Program-made: the position numbers and the translations under genes
Source of the DNA: Caedimonas varicaedens
GTDB lineage: Bacteria > Pseudomonadota > Alphaproteobacteria > Caedimonadales > Caedimonadaceae
NCBI GenBank assembly: GCA_001192655.1
Contig: BBVC01000092.1
Span: 1-23,520 of the forward strand
Length of the DNA: 23,520 nucleotides
Direction: 5' to 3'
In this document: one piece after another, positions 1 to 9,019 of the stretch
Numbering within the stretch: position 1 is the first letter of the stretch
Layout: every line of letters begins with the position of its first letter
The notes under the pieces: generated by a model
Databases searched by the model: none
What the model saw: the letters and a program-made list of their open reading frames with translations, nothing else
What the model was told of the DNA's origin: nothing

Positions 1-612
1 AGCTATATATTGACTCATTTCCTCGGCGATTTTCTCAAAACTTTTCTCAAGACCGAAGCCGGAACGAGTGCAAATACTCATAAGGTCAATCGCGTAGGCT
101 AGTCCGTCTCGCACCCGATCATATCTTTGAGAAATCACAAAATCTATGAAATACTCAAAACTGCGCATTGACGCAAAGATAATAATACAAAAAATAACGA
201 CTTTAAGAGGTAAGGAAAGATCTGCTATATTTTTGACGTCGAAAGCAAGAAACAAATAAAGAAAAAAACCTAAAATAATCAGCCCCAGATTTACAATGGA
301 AACGATCAGAGGAGCCTCTTGGGGATCCCATCCTGCCTGCTCGAAACGCAACCTATACCGTTTTGCAGTATCAGCAGAAGTTTGACGCAGTAAGTCTTTC
401 ATTCGTGACAAATAAAACTTGTCAATGAAGGATGTTGGTCGTACGGATGAGGGTGCTCCTGCTGTAAACGAACTTTGTTTCTTGAGTTTATTAATGCGTT
501 CCCAAAAGATATTTTTTTCTTGCACGCTGTCTATATAAAGATACAAGATTAAACCCCCGCCTATCAGAAATATTATTCCAATGATTTCAAGAGTTAATAA
601 AGAGAAAACCAT
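1..612 (-). CDS. tadC: Tad pilus inner-membrane platform protein TadC (T2SS-F family), partial; the C-terminal part lies beyond the window edge
   Basis: Not in the ORF track because it runs off the edge. My hand translation of the minus strand from ATG (610-612) is open for all 204 codons to position 1: MVFSLLTLEIIGIIFLIGGGLILYLYIDSVQEKNIFWERINKLKKQ...LAYAIDLMSICTRSGFGLEKSFEKIAEEMSQYIA. It has an N-terminal TM helix, then the start of a GspF/T2SS-F type domain (compare TadB LPLAIDIILRGIKSGSSVEKTF). It starts 2 nt after the tadB stop, at the expected operon position. Confidence 0.8.
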   Translation of the reverse strand, partial: MVFSLLTLEIIGIIFLIGGGLILYLYIDSVQEKNIFWERINKLKKQSSFTAGAPSSVRPTSFIDKFYLSRMKDLLRQTSADTAKRYRLRFEQAGWDPQEAPLIVSIVNLGLIILGFFLYLFLAFDVKNIADLSLPLKVVIFCIIIFASMRSFEYFIDFVISQRYDRVRDGLAYAIDLMSICTRSGFGLEKSFEKIAEEMSQYIA

Positions 613-614
613 TT

Positions 615-1607
615 TTATACCTTAATTTTCATTAACTGCTTGATCATAATACCTGCACAAGCAATAAGCCCCCCCGCGATCATAAGCATTTTATGCCCCA
701 TTTCCTCAAAGCGAAAGAAATCAAGATAAGTAGGATTAAAGTGCATCATGACGCCCCATATGACGATCGGTAATGATCCTAAAATATAGGCCGTAACTTT
801 TGCTTCAGCCGAAAACACCTGGATTTTAGCGCGAATCTCGTTGGATCGGTTCAAGCTGATAATAATATTTTCAAGAATTTCAGAAAGGCTTCCTCCGCCT
901 TTTCTTTGAATGATGAGTGCCGTGCTAAAAAAATAGAAATCGGACAGACCAACTCGATCAGCCGCTTCATGGAGGGCATTGTCAAATGAGACGCCAAATT
1001 CTATTTTTTGGATAATCCGTGAAAATTCATCTTTTAAAGGCATCCCTATTTCTTTTACAACGATTGCAAACGTTTTTTCTACGGAACTTCCTGATTTTAT
1101 TCCACGCAAAATGATATCAATTGCAAGCGGTAATTGTTCTGTTACTTTTTTTCTAAAACGATTCTCTAAAAAATTCAGGGCGAGATAAGTAAGTGAAATT
1201 GCCAAAATAATACCCAGTGGAATATCATAACCATGATTAAATGTCCCAACATTTGAAATAATCATAACCAGCACAGTGCTTGTTAGAGCCATTCCTATAA
1301 ATAACCGACCCAGATGCCCTGACATTCCCGCACGGTACAGTTTCAGGCGAACAGCATTTTCTGTTTGAGGTCTGTGCCTGAGATATTGAGAGATTTTCTT
1401 CTCAAGAAGAGATTCCTGGGTTTTTTTAAAGACAGAGAAATTTTCCGTTTCTACAAGAAAATGATTGTTATGATTCATAACTGTATCGATTCTGTGAGAC
1501 AGTTTTTTCTTTTCATCTAAATAAGAAATAGTAAAACTTACAAAGAAAATAAATAGAATAAACAGAGATATAAATAAAATAAGAAATATTTGTGTATTTT
1601 CCATCAC
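615..1607 (-). CDS. tadB: Tad pilus inner-membrane platform protein TadB (T2SS-F family)
   Basis: 330-aa ORF with an N-terminal TM segment. T2SS-F domain: LPLAIDIILRGIKSGSSVEKTFAIVVKEIGMPLKDEF...STALIIQRKGGGSLSEILENI, followed by C-terminal TM helices. It directly abuts the cpaF stop (TAA GTG ATG). The true start may be the ATG at 1602-1604 rather than the GTG at 1605-1607. Confidence 0.85.
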   Translation of the reverse strand: MMENTQIFLILFISLFILFIFFVSFTISYLDEKKKLSHRIDTVMNHNNHFLVETENFSVFKKTQESLLEKKISQYLRHRPQTENAVRLKLYRAGMSGHLGRLFIGMALTSTVLVMIISNVGTFNHGYDIPLGIILAISLTYLALNFLENRFRKKVTEQLPLAIDIILRGIKSGSSVEKTFAIVVKEIGMPLKDEFSRIIQKIEFGVSFDNALHEAADRVGLSDFYFFSTALIIQRKGGGSLSEILENIIISLNRSNEIRAKIQVFSAEAKVTAYILGSLPIVIWGVMMHFNPTYLDFFRFEEMGHKMLMIAGGLIACAGIMIKQLMKIKV

Positions 1608-2987
1608 TTACTCATTTTTTAATGCAAGCACCATTTCATCTTTTAATCCAAAATGGTCGATTTTTTCTTCAATATGTGGTTTTTGGACAAGACATTTGAA
1701 CGTTCCGGTAATCTTCCCATCATCGGCCGTTGTATAATCATACTTAAAGACATCCTGGGTCTTTATTTCATTATTTTCCATCCCTATAATTTCAGTGATC
1801 TGTACAACACGGCGAGATCCATCGCGCAGGCGTGCTATATGGACAATAAGATCAACAGCATCCTTGATATAACTTTTAATGACGAGGTTAGGAAGGTCGT
1901 GACCTGTCATCAATACCATGTTTTCAAGTCGATTGATCGCCTCACGAGCACTATTGGCATGAAGCGTTGACATGGATCCATCGTGCCCTGTGTTCATGGC
2001 TTGCAACATATCAAATGTTTCAGCACCTCGACATTCACCTACAATAATACGATCAGGACGCATACGAAGGGCATTCTTGACGAGATCCTGAATGCTAACC
2101 ATTCCTTGCCCTTCAAGGTTGGCAGGGCGGCTTTCCAGCCTGACCACATGGGGCTGCATCATTTTCAGTTCCGCCGAGTCTTCAATTGTAACAATGCGCT
2201 CACGACTATCAATAAGTTCAGACAAGGCATTCAAAAGAGTTGTTTTCCCAGCACCTGTTCCACCCGACACAATAATATTCAAACGGCACATTGAGGCAAT
2301 TTTTAAAAAACGATACATACTTTCAGAAAGACTGCCGAATCCAATCATATCTTTTAAATGAATCGTATGACGTGAGAATTTTCGGATGGATATAGAAGTT
2401 CCCTCAAGAGCAAGAGGGGGAATGATGATATTCACGCGACTGCCGTCCTTGAGGCGTGCATCAACCATAGGGCTTGATTCATCAATTCGTCGACCAATTT
2501 GATTCGCAATACGCTGGGCAACCTGGAGAGCATGGGCTTCATTACGAAATTTAACATCTGTCAACATAAGTTTCCCCTGGCGTTCGATGTAAACCGAATC
2601 GTGAGCATTAACCATAATATCGTTAATAGCAGGATCAGCAAGAAGGGATTCCAAAGGACCCAGCCCCATCATATCATGAAGAATTTCATCCGTAATATGG
2701 TGAAGCTCCTTATGATTAAGTTGAGCCTTTGTTTCTTCTGTAAATTCAAAAATATAACGCTCAACTTCGTGACGTAACTCAGCAGCAGGCATACGCATGG
2801 CTGCCGTAAGGTCAATATTCTTTAACAAAAGGTCAAAGACGCGATCCTTAAATTCGGTGAGGGCTGGTGATTCGGCTAAAGTGCGTGTCTTGTAAATTTG
2901 CTTGCTGGAATCAGAGCTCATGGGCGTTACTTTTTTACTTTCAGGTTCTAACGTAGGCTCGATAAGTTTTTGGCCAAAATTTTTCAT
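1608..2987 (-). CDS. cpaF: Tad pilus secretion ATPase CpaF/TadA (VirB11/GspE-like hexameric ATPase)
   Basis: 459-aa ORF. Walker A is [14 protein letters not shown]. It also has the Asp box/Walker B region ([10 protein letters not shown]...[12 protein letters not shown]) and the His box ([13 protein letters not shown]) typical of CpaF/TadA. ATG at 2985-2987. Confidence 0.95.
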   Translation of the reverse strand: MKNFGQKLIEPTLEPESKKVTPMSSDSSKQIYKTRTLAESPALTEFKDRVFDLLLKNIDLTAAMRMPAAELRHEVERYIFEFTEETKAQLNHKELHHITDEILHDMMGLGPLESLLADPAINDIMVNAHDSVYIERQGKLMLTDVKFRNEAHALQVAQRIANQIGRRIDESSPMVDARLKDGSRVNIIIPPLALEGTSISIRKFSRHTIHLKDMIGFGSLSESMYRFLKIASMCRLNIIVSGGTGAGKTTLLNALSELIDSRERIVTIEDSAELKMMQPHVVRLESRPANLEGQGMVSIQDLVKNALRMRPDRIIVGECRGAETFDMLQAMNTGHDGSMSTLHANSAREAINRLENMVLMTGHDLPNLVIKSYIKDAVDLIVHIARLRDGSRRVVQITEIIGMENNEIKTQDVFKYDYTTADDGKITGTFKCLVQKPHIEEKIDHFGLKDEMVLALKNE

Positions 2988-3064
2988 TATTTTAACCCAT
3001 GAAATCTTATTTCTTTTTCTCTCTTAGTAATATGATCCAAAAACATTTAAATTCACTTAATCCT

Positions 3065-4285
3065 TTATTTTTTAAATGAAAATAGGTTAAACAACTTCTT
3101 GATAGATGTTTTTGGCGTTGTTTCTCGTCCCATAATTTTATCTGTCAGCTGAATCAAACTATCTGTTAAGGCAGATGATGTTTCCTGCGAAACAAAGGGA
3201 ATCCCTTTTGTGAGCGCCTGAAGTGGTTGATGGGAATTAAAGGGAATAACTAAATCAATCTTATGATTTAGTGCCTTTTCAAAGTCCTCCATTTCAATCT
3301 CACCGGCATGGTATTCGCCCTGTTTATTCACAATAATAAATACTTGCTGATCGGTCGTTCTGTGACGCTTGAATATTTCAAGATATCGATGGCTGTCTTT
3401 TAGGCCAACAATAGAAAGATCAGTCACGAGAACAATAATATTCGAATTTCCTAAAATATGCAGGTTAATGCCGTTAGAAAAACTGCGCGGCAAGTCAAAA
3501 ATCGTATAATGAAAGTTTCCTAACATTGATTGGATGATGGGATCAAACACTTCAGGGTTAATAGTTTGACTTTCTTCAAGCGAGGTTTGTCCGCACATTA
3601 CCATTAAATGAGGAGAATATTGCGTCATAAAACGATCAATCAGGGAATCGTCAATTCGTTCAGGAGCTTCGAGAATTTCCTGGAGACTTGCGGAAATTTC
3701 AAGATCCAGAAACTGACTAATAGTTCCCAGTTGAAGATCAGGGTCAATAAGGCTAATACGGCGAGAATGTTTTTCAGACATAAGCCAGGCACAGTTTACG
3801 GCAAGGGTGGTCACGCCTGCTCCCCCGTGTGTTCCTATAAAGCTTACAATCTTTCCAAATTTGGAAAAACTGCTGGTGGTTTGTGTCACCTTATTACGCA
3901 AGACAATATTCTCGATGCTTCTTATAATATGAGTGGTCGTAAGCGGTTTCACAAGATAATCACGAATCCCCAGCTTTACAAGTTCACGGAAAATACCCAC
4001 ATCATTGCGTGTACCAATGGCAATCACCTCAACACCTGGTTCGCAAACTTCAGAAAGGCTGGCAATGTCATTAATAGGGAGATCAGATTGTGAGAGATCA
4101 ATAATAAGGATCCTGGGAGATCGATTAGACTTCAGATATTTAATGGCTTCCTTGATTCCCCCTACTATACCCTCATATTTCAAGTCATAGTTCTGGACGG
4201 GAACAAGACGCATAACTTCTTCTGTTTCTTGATCACAAACGCAGGCAAACAATAAACCCGTAGTATGAAGTTCCTGTACAGTCAT
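3065..4285 (-). CDS. cpaE: CpaE/TadZ-type pilus localisation protein: receiver-like N-domain plus ParA/MinD-like ATPase domain
   Basis: 406-aa ORF. The N-terminal ~125 aa is CheY-fold-like (RILIIDLSQSDLP ... AIGT ... LVKPL). The C-terminal MinD/ParA-like domain has a P-loop-like GTHGGAGVTTLAVNCAW and LVTDLSIVGLKD. It sits between cpaD and cpaF as in Caulobacter. Confidence 0.85.
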   Translation of the reverse strand: MTVQELHTTGLLFACVCDQETEEVMRLVPVQNYDLKYEGIVGGIKEAIKYLKSNRSPRILIIDLSQSDLPINDIASLSEVCEPGVEVIAIGTRNDVGIFRELVKLGIRDYLVKPLTTTHIIRSIENIVLRNKVTQTTSSFSKFGKIVSFIGTHGGAGVTTLAVNCAWLMSEKHSRRISLIDPDLQLGTISQFLDLEISASLQEILEAPERIDDSLIDRFMTQYSPHLMVMCGQTSLEESQTINPEVFDPIIQSMLGNFHYTIFDLPRSFSNGINLHILGNSNIIVLVTDLSIVGLKDSHRYLEIFKRHRTTDQQVFIIVNKQGEYHAGEIEMEDFEKALNHKIDLVIPFNSHQPLQALTKGIPFVSQETSSALTDSLIQLTDKIMGRETTPKTSIKKLFNLFSFKK

Positions 4286-4300
4286 GTTTCTCTTTTTCTT

Positions 4301-4990
4301 TTATTGTGACGCTCCGCTGGCCCCACTGGTTGTATCTACTTTCTCTATCTTTAACGCTTTAGCCTTATCTGTTCGTAAACGTTCTATTGCGTTTGAGTTA
4401 ACAACAGGATCAGATGGCGAAAGTTTATGCCCTTTATAGATGTCCCTTGGCTCGGCAAGCATTCTGGCAAAATTATATTCATTAGAGCAGCCAAAATGAT
4501 TCTCCCCTTCTGGAGGAACTTTCCCATCCATAACCTGTCCATCAAAGCCAGGGCATTCGGGGAACAGCGTTACATATTGGTCTATTCCGACCCACATACC
4601 ACTTTCCGTTTCTGTTTTATCAGGCTTAATGCTGCCTTCCTCTATGACCTCAATCCGATGGGACGCAACACCTGCCTGTTTTAAAAATCTGACAACAGTT
4701 TGTATGCGGGTGTCTGTCATATCATCATCAAAGCGTGTATGAAGCTTGCGAACCACAAGACGTGCATAAACAGGTCCTGGACGTGAAGCGCGATTGATAT
4801 AGGACTTCAATTGAGCGGCTTCCTGATGAGATAAACCCGTATGATGAGTCCCAAAAGGAATATGCAAAGAGAGAGTCGACCGCTTAACACTTGTATGATG
4901 AGGCGGTGTCGTATCAACATCGCGTTCTATATAGCAAGCGCTCAGCATTGTTGTGAGTCCAAAAGTCAGTATAATTTGAGAAGCTTTCAT
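4301..4990 (-). CDS. cpaD: CpaD-family pilus assembly lipoprotein
   Basis: The track ORF (4301-5131) overlaps the secretin by 131 nt. The internal ATG at 4988-4990 is preceded by AGGAAG (RBS), 10 nt after the cpaC stop. It gives MKASQIILTFGLTTMLSAC, a lipoprotein signal with lipobox LSAC. The C-terminal GCSNEYNFARMLAEPRDIYKG region and the position between cpaC and cpaE fit CpaD. Confidence 0.7.
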   Translation of the reverse strand: MKASQIILTFGLTTMLSACYIERDVDTTPPHHTSVKRSTLSLHIPFGTHHTGLSHQEAAQLKSYINRASRPGPVYARLVVRKLHTRFDDDMTDTRIQTVVRFLKQAGVASHRIEVIEEGSIKPDKTETESGMWVGIDQYVTLFPECPGFDGQVMDGKVPPEGENHFGCSNEYNFARMLAEPRDIYKGHKLSPSDPVVNSNAIERLRTDKAKALKIEKVDTTSGASGASQ

Positions 4991-5000
4991 TTTTTCTTCC

Positions 5001-6521
5001 TTATTCAACATTAAATCCTGCGGCGCCAACGAAATTAATGGGCTTGGCATCCATGAATCGTAAATTAAATGGATTGCCGTTCTTTGTACGGTTGAGCCGT
5101 TGCATAAAGAGCATTTCCAGATTTGAGGCAAACCTTAACGAATCGGTGGGTAGTTTTAGAGCGGCAGGATTATTGGCTGGTTTGATCACGTAAGGAGTCA
5201 CAATAATCACAAGCTCGCTTTGATTTTTCTGGAATTGCGTAGAGCGGAAGAGCGCTCCCAGGATAGGGATGTCCGCAAATCCAGGAAGTCCGCCAAGTGT
5301 ATTAGCCATATCGCTTTGGATAAGACCAGCAATGGCGAGACTTTGTCCACTTCCTAATTCAACCGAAGTTTCTGCACGACGCGTCTTAATCGCCGGAACA
5401 GTCACTGTTGAACCCGCTGTGGCATTAACAAGGAACGTTAGTCCATTACCTCGATCCAACTGGCTAACTTCTGGCCTAACACGCAAGTTAATTAAATTAT
5501 TGGAAAGAACGGTTGGCGTGAAAGACAGACTGATACCGAATTGTTTAAACTCAATTGTAATATTTTGATCCTGAGGAACAGGAAAGGGAAACTCTCCACC
5601 TGCCAGGAAGCTGGCTGTCTCTCCCGAGATTGCAACCAGATTTGGCTCAGCCAGAATACTGGCAAGCCCCTCTTGATCCAATGCGTCAATCAGAGCTGCA
5701 ACTGTTGTCGTGCCATCTGCAAACTGAATTCCCACACTGTTTGAAGGATTGGAAGCTGAGGGATCACGTGCAAAAATTCCTGGATTGGTGAGATTTCCCC
5801 CAAAGTTGGGAAAGGCTGTACTTGGTAGCGTTTGATTGAAAGGGTTTCGACCTGTCAAAAGCCCTGATACAAAATTATGGGGAGAAGGAAGAGAGGATGT
5901 CCAGTTAATTTGCAATTTATTCAATACAGTTCTACTGACTTCTGCGATTTTTACCCTCAGTAAAACCTGAGTTGGTGTGGATATGGAAAGTCTATTCATC
6001 AGTTGGTCTTTGGGCCCCAGATATTTTTTCGCGATATCTTCAATGTTTTTCCCAATAACAGGGGATGCAACATGACCTTGCATCAGAATTCCTTCTGGAA
6101 TAGAGAAGAATTTTACGTCTTCATGAGGAAAACTTGCTTTGATCGTTTGCTGGAGTTCTGAAAGTCCATGTGTGACCCTGACATCCATCTTGATAGCCGT
6201 TTTACCACTGGCATCTGAGGCAAAAACACTCGTTGAGCCTGGTTTTTTACCAAAGATATAAGCGATGCTGGGCGTGTTCAACTGGACGTCAGCAATCTCA
6301 GGATTAGCGACAAAAAGTTCACTGACATTCTGTTCCAGTTGTAAGGCCTGACCCTTACCAACTTCCAAATTCAGCACAGAGTTGGCGCTGATGCCTGATT
6401 GAGTCATTATAAAAAGAATACCCATAAAGCCTAAAAAGTGCCCTATTCTTGAAGAGTATTGATCATTTAGTTTTATTTTCATAGAGTTCCCCGTGTTTGA
6501 AAATAGTGTGGATATCGTCAT
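5001..6521 (-). CDS. cpaC: Tad pilus outer-membrane secretin CpaC/RcpA
   Basis: 506-aa ORF. Secretin C-domain signatures: GETASFLAGGEFPFPV and GLPGFADIPILGALFRSTQFQKNQSELVIIVTPYVIKP. The ATG at 6519-6521 overlaps the cpaB stop (ATGA). An alternative start is the ATG at 6480-6482 (MKIKLND...), preceded by GGGGA. The signal-like segment is GHFLGFMGILFIMTQSGISA. Confidence 0.9.
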   Translation of the reverse strand: MTISTLFSNTGNSMKIKLNDQYSSRIGHFLGFMGILFIMTQSGISANSVLNLEVGKGQALQLEQNVSELFVANPEIADVQLNTPSIAYIFGKKPGSTSVFASDASGKTAIKMDVRVTHGLSELQQTIKASFPHEDVKFFSIPEGILMQGHVASPVIGKNIEDIAKKYLGPKDQLMNRLSISTPTQVLLRVKIAEVSRTVLNKLQINWTSSLPSPHNFVSGLLTGRNPFNQTLPSTAFPNFGGNLTNPGIFARDPSASNPSNSVGIQFADGTTTVAALIDALDQEGLASILAEPNLVAISGETASFLAGGEFPFPVPQDQNITIEFKQFGISLSFTPTVLSNNLINLRVRPEVSQLDRGNGLTFLVNATAGSTVTVPAIKTRRAETSVELGSGQSLAIAGLIQSDMANTLGGLPGFADIPILGALFRSTQFQKNQSELVIIVTPYVIKPANNPAALKLPTDSLRFASNLEMLFMQRLNRTKNGNPFNLRFMDAKPINFVGAAGFNVE

Positions 6522-7318
6522 TTAACAGTCACCTCGCTACGCTCTGACCCTCGAAAAAGGGCAATGGTACGGCTGGGTTTATCTCCCCTGGACACCGGAA
6601 GCTCATCGCTTTTTGGATATCCGTCAGAGTAAACATCTTGTCCGGCAAATACACTTCTCATACTAATAACAATCCTCCCTTCAGGGATTGATGCGGCCAA
6701 ATCTTCTGCTTGGTCAGATGTTACTTCAAGAGTAATCGTTCTGGGAGAAGATAAATCTTTTCCGTCATTCATCTTTTGAATAATATTATCAACTGCTAGA
6801 ACGCGAACTCCCCGAATAATTGTTTGTCCTACGAGATCATCTGTGTGTCCTGCGGAAAGCTCTTTTTTGGGAATAACCACATCAATGACATCTCCTGGTA
6901 AAATAAGAGCTGGCGCATTAACAATTTTATTAAAGGGAACAGATACAGCCCGCATACCCGGACGAATAACAGCTGCAAGGATACTTTTTCCCCCTGTTTT
7001 AATAACATTGTTAAGGCTGATAGGCTCTCCTTCAAAAATAGGATAACGGACAACAGCTCCCTCAATATCCTTAACGTTTTGTTTTTGTTCTTTCGTAATA
7101 TATTGTTTGCTAATAGATTGAGTAGGCCAATCTTTCCATAGCAATTTGCTTAGAGAGATAACGTCCCCAGGCTGAAGGGTCGTTGGAGAAATTAAGATCA
7201 TCGTTGTTTGAACGCTTTGACTATCGCCTTTCTTGTCGTTGATGACATTAAGCAAAAATACGCCAAAAATAGCCAACAATAAGGCTAAGCTAACAATAAT
7301 TATTTTTTTAAATTTCAT
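6518..7318 (-). CDS. cpaB: Flp pilus assembly protein CpaB/RcpC (SAF domain)
   Basis: 266-aa ORF. It has an N-terminal TM anchor (MKFKKIIIVSLALLLAIFGVFLL), a SAF-like segment (LQPGDVISLSKLLWKDWP) and an RcpC/CpaB-type C-domain. There are 4-nt ATGA overlaps with cpaA upstream and cpaC downstream. Confidence 0.85.
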   Translation of the reverse strand: MKFKKIIIVSLALLLAIFGVFLLNVINDKKGDSQSVQTTMILISPTTLQPGDVISLSKLLWKDWPTQSISKQYITKEQKQNVKDIEGAVVRYPIFEGEPISLNNVIKTGGKSILAAVIRPGMRAVSVPFNKIVNAPALILPGDVIDVVIPKKELSAGHTDDLVGQTIIRGVRVLAVDNIIQKMNDGKDLSSPRTITLEVTSDQAEDLAASIPEGRIVISMRSVFAGQDVYSDGYPKSDELPVSRGDKPSRTIALFRGSERSEVTVK

Positions 7319-7884
7319 TGGAACCCTCTTTGGGTAAAATAAAAATATATAAAGATTAGATTCCCTGTAAAAATAGAAATCCCATAGGGGATCAATATTT
7401 TAGACCACATATTATCAGCATTGGCTGGCACGAAATCCGTGTGAAGATATTTACCGATAATCCCGCATTTACTAAAAGAAGGGGATTTTTGAAAACATTC
7501 AATAAGCTTGCTGCGCCATAAATCAATTTTGCTGGACCAAAAAATATAACACGCTGCCAGAATTCCTCCTGAAACAGCCACAAGGATGAGATAGTCGATT
7601 ACTTCTTGGGGTGCGATCCACAAGACGCTTGCAGAAAGAAATTTTGCATCTCCTGCCCCCATTATTTTAAATGCATACAATAAATACCCTGACAAAAGAG
7701 TCGTCATAAAAATTAAACCGGTAAGATAGAAATCTACAGAGGAATGCTCAAGGAAAATCTTTATTCCTGTGCCGCACAAGATCATTATGATTAATATATT
7801 GGGAATCTTGTAAAACAAAAAATCGGTCAGCGCAGCAATAAGGCTCAGCACAAAAAAACCGAAATAGAAAAAGGAAATTACCAA
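7315..7884 (-). CDS. cpaA: Prepilin peptidase CpaA/TadV (A24 aspartic peptidase, short Tad type)
   Basis: 189-aa polytopic membrane ORF. It carries the two catalytic-Asp motifs of A24 peptidases: AALTDFLFYKIPN and IMGAGDAKFLSA. TTG start at 7882-7884, preceded by AAAGGGG 5 nt upstream. It is the first gene of the operon. Confidence 0.85.
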   Translation of the reverse strand: MVISFFYFGFFVLSLIAALTDFLFYKIPNILIIMILCGTGIKIFLEHSSVDFYLTGLIFMTTLLSGYLLYAFKIMGAGDAKFLSASVLWIAPQEVIDYLILVAVSGGILAACYIFWSSKIDLWRSKLIECFQKSPSFSKCGIIGKYLHTDFVPANADNMWSKILIPYGISIFTGNLIFIYFYFTQRGFQ

Positions 7885-7918
7885 AGCCGCCCCTTTAATT
7901 TCTTATAATTTATTTAAA

Positions 7919-7947
7919 ATTGTATTTTATATTGACTTAGATTGCAA
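7919..7947 (-). promoter_or_regulatory. Candidate sigma70-type promoter for the cpaA-tadC operon
   Basis: Read on the minus strand: TTGCAA (7942-7947), 17-nt spacer, TACAAT (7919-7924). This is about 35 nt upstream of the cpaA TTG start, inside a 152-nt AT-rich divergent intergenic region. It is a motif match only, and AT-rich DNA produces such matches by chance. Confidence 0.35.
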
Positions 7948-7960
7948 TAAATATTATTCA
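7932..7960 (+). promoter_or_regulatory. Weak candidate sigma70-type promoter for the TPR lipoprotein gene
   Basis: Plus strand: TTGACT (7932-7937), 17-nt spacer, TATTCA (7955-7960). The -10 is poor (3/6). It overlaps the minus-strand candidate promoter. Low confidence. Confidence 0.2.
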
Positions 7961-8036
7961 TAAAAAAAATCATATTTTTTAATGATCTAGTGAAATATAA
8001 AATATCTTTCTATTTATTTAAAGGCAGGGGACTCAT

Positions 8037-9011
8037 TTGAAAAAATTAAAATTCTTCTCTATTTTTGCTTTCTTATTTTTATTGAACGGTTGTATGTCAG
8101 ACCAGCAGACTGTCGAAGATGAACTCTCTTCGGGCGATGGCATGTATCGTTTGGCAGAAAACATGAAACGAAATGGCGATTATGTGACAGCTATCAGACT
8201 TTACAATCAGGCGCTTGCTATCGATCCTGAATATAAGAAAGCACAACTTGCTCTGGCGGATGCTCTTCTCTTGGATGGCAAGTTCGATGAAAGCCGGACT
8301 ATGCTTGACAAGATGCTTGTTAAGGAACCCGATAATGAAGAAGTTTTGCGCGAACTGGGCAAGGTGACAGTGGCACAAAATGACCCAGCCACTTGTTTGA
8401 AAACTTACACAGCCCTACAAAAAAATAAACCCCAGGATGCCAATGTTTTTAATGGATTGGGTGTGTGTTATGACTTATCCGGACAACATGATGTTGCACA
8501 GGAAAAGTATCAAAAGGCGATGACTTTGGCTCCTGATAATCTCAATGTTCGGTCAAACTATGGGTTATCTTTGGCTCTTGGAGGGAAAACAAAAGAAGCT
8601 ATTGATATCTTATCAAAACTGGCACATCGATCAGACACTACCCCCAATATGCGCCACAACTTGGCCGTTGCCTATGGATTGGCGGGTGAAGGAGAAAAAG
8701 CCAAACGTATTTTCTCTCGGGATCTGGCTGCAAATGATCTGGACCAAAATATAGACATTTTAAAATCTCTTCAAGTTTCTCCCTCCAGCCAGGATGATGC
8801 TGCCTCTCATAAAGAGATAGCTCGTCCTTCTTCCGCTCTTACTCAAAACTCTGATACAGTGGCATTGCCAACGTCATCTATTGTGGTTGATAAGCTGGGC
8901 GCTCAACCTTCTTCTGATCAACAGAAGTTACCCGGCGAGAAGAAAAAAGCTGAAAAACAGGAAAAACCTGTTTCCCCAGAAAAGAACGATCAAAAAAACA
9001 CAAGTTTGTAA
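8037..9011 (+). CDS. TPR-repeat lipoprotein, TadD-like candidate pilotin/assembly factor, with a low-complexity C-terminal tail
   Basis: 324-aa ORF. TTG start with GCAGGGG 6 nt upstream. Lipoprotein signal MKKLKFFSIFAFLFLLNGC (lipobox LNGC). It contains several TPR-like repeats (YRLAENMKRNGDYVTAIRLYNQALAIDPEY..., FNGLGVCYDLSGQHDVAQEKYQKAMTLAPDN...). The last ~80 aa are S/P/Q/K-rich low complexity. It is divergent from the tad operon. Confidence 0.7.
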   Translation: MKKLKFFSIFAFLFLLNGCMSDQQTVEDELSSGDGMYRLAENMKRNGDYVTAIRLYNQALAIDPEYKKAQLALADALLLDGKFDESRTMLDKMLVKEPDNEEVLRELGKVTVAQNDPATCLKTYTALQKNKPQDANVFNGLGVCYDLSGQHDVAQEKYQKAMTLAPDNLNVRSNYGLSLALGGKTKEAIDILSKLAHRSDTTPNMRHNLAVAYGLAGEGEKAKRIFSRDLAANDLDQNIDILKSLQVSPSSQDDAASHKEIARPSSALTQNSDTVALPTSSIVVDKLGAQPSSDQQKLPGEKKKAEKQEKPVSPEKNDQKNTSL

Positions 9012-9019
9012 GGCATTAA

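Noticed and set aside
1653-2777. Four plus-strand ORFs (1653-1970, 1983-2294, 2092-2361, 2499-2777) inside cpaF
   Set aside because: All are antisense to a CDS with unambiguous ATPase motifs. Their products are low-complexity with no recognisable domains, which is typical of shadow ORFs.
3608-4190. Plus-strand ORFs of 161 aa and 61 aa antisense to cpaE
   Set aside because: They are fully embedded opposite a domain-bearing gene in a tightly coupled operon. They have no RBS or motif support.
4991-5131. N-terminal extension of the cpaD ORF (start at 5131) overlapping the last 131 nt of the secretin gene
   Set aside because: The internal ATG at 4990 has a strong AGGAAG RBS and yields a clean lipoprotein signal peptide. 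The extension (MPQIWKCSLCNGSTVQ...) has no signal-like character and would bury the lipobox.
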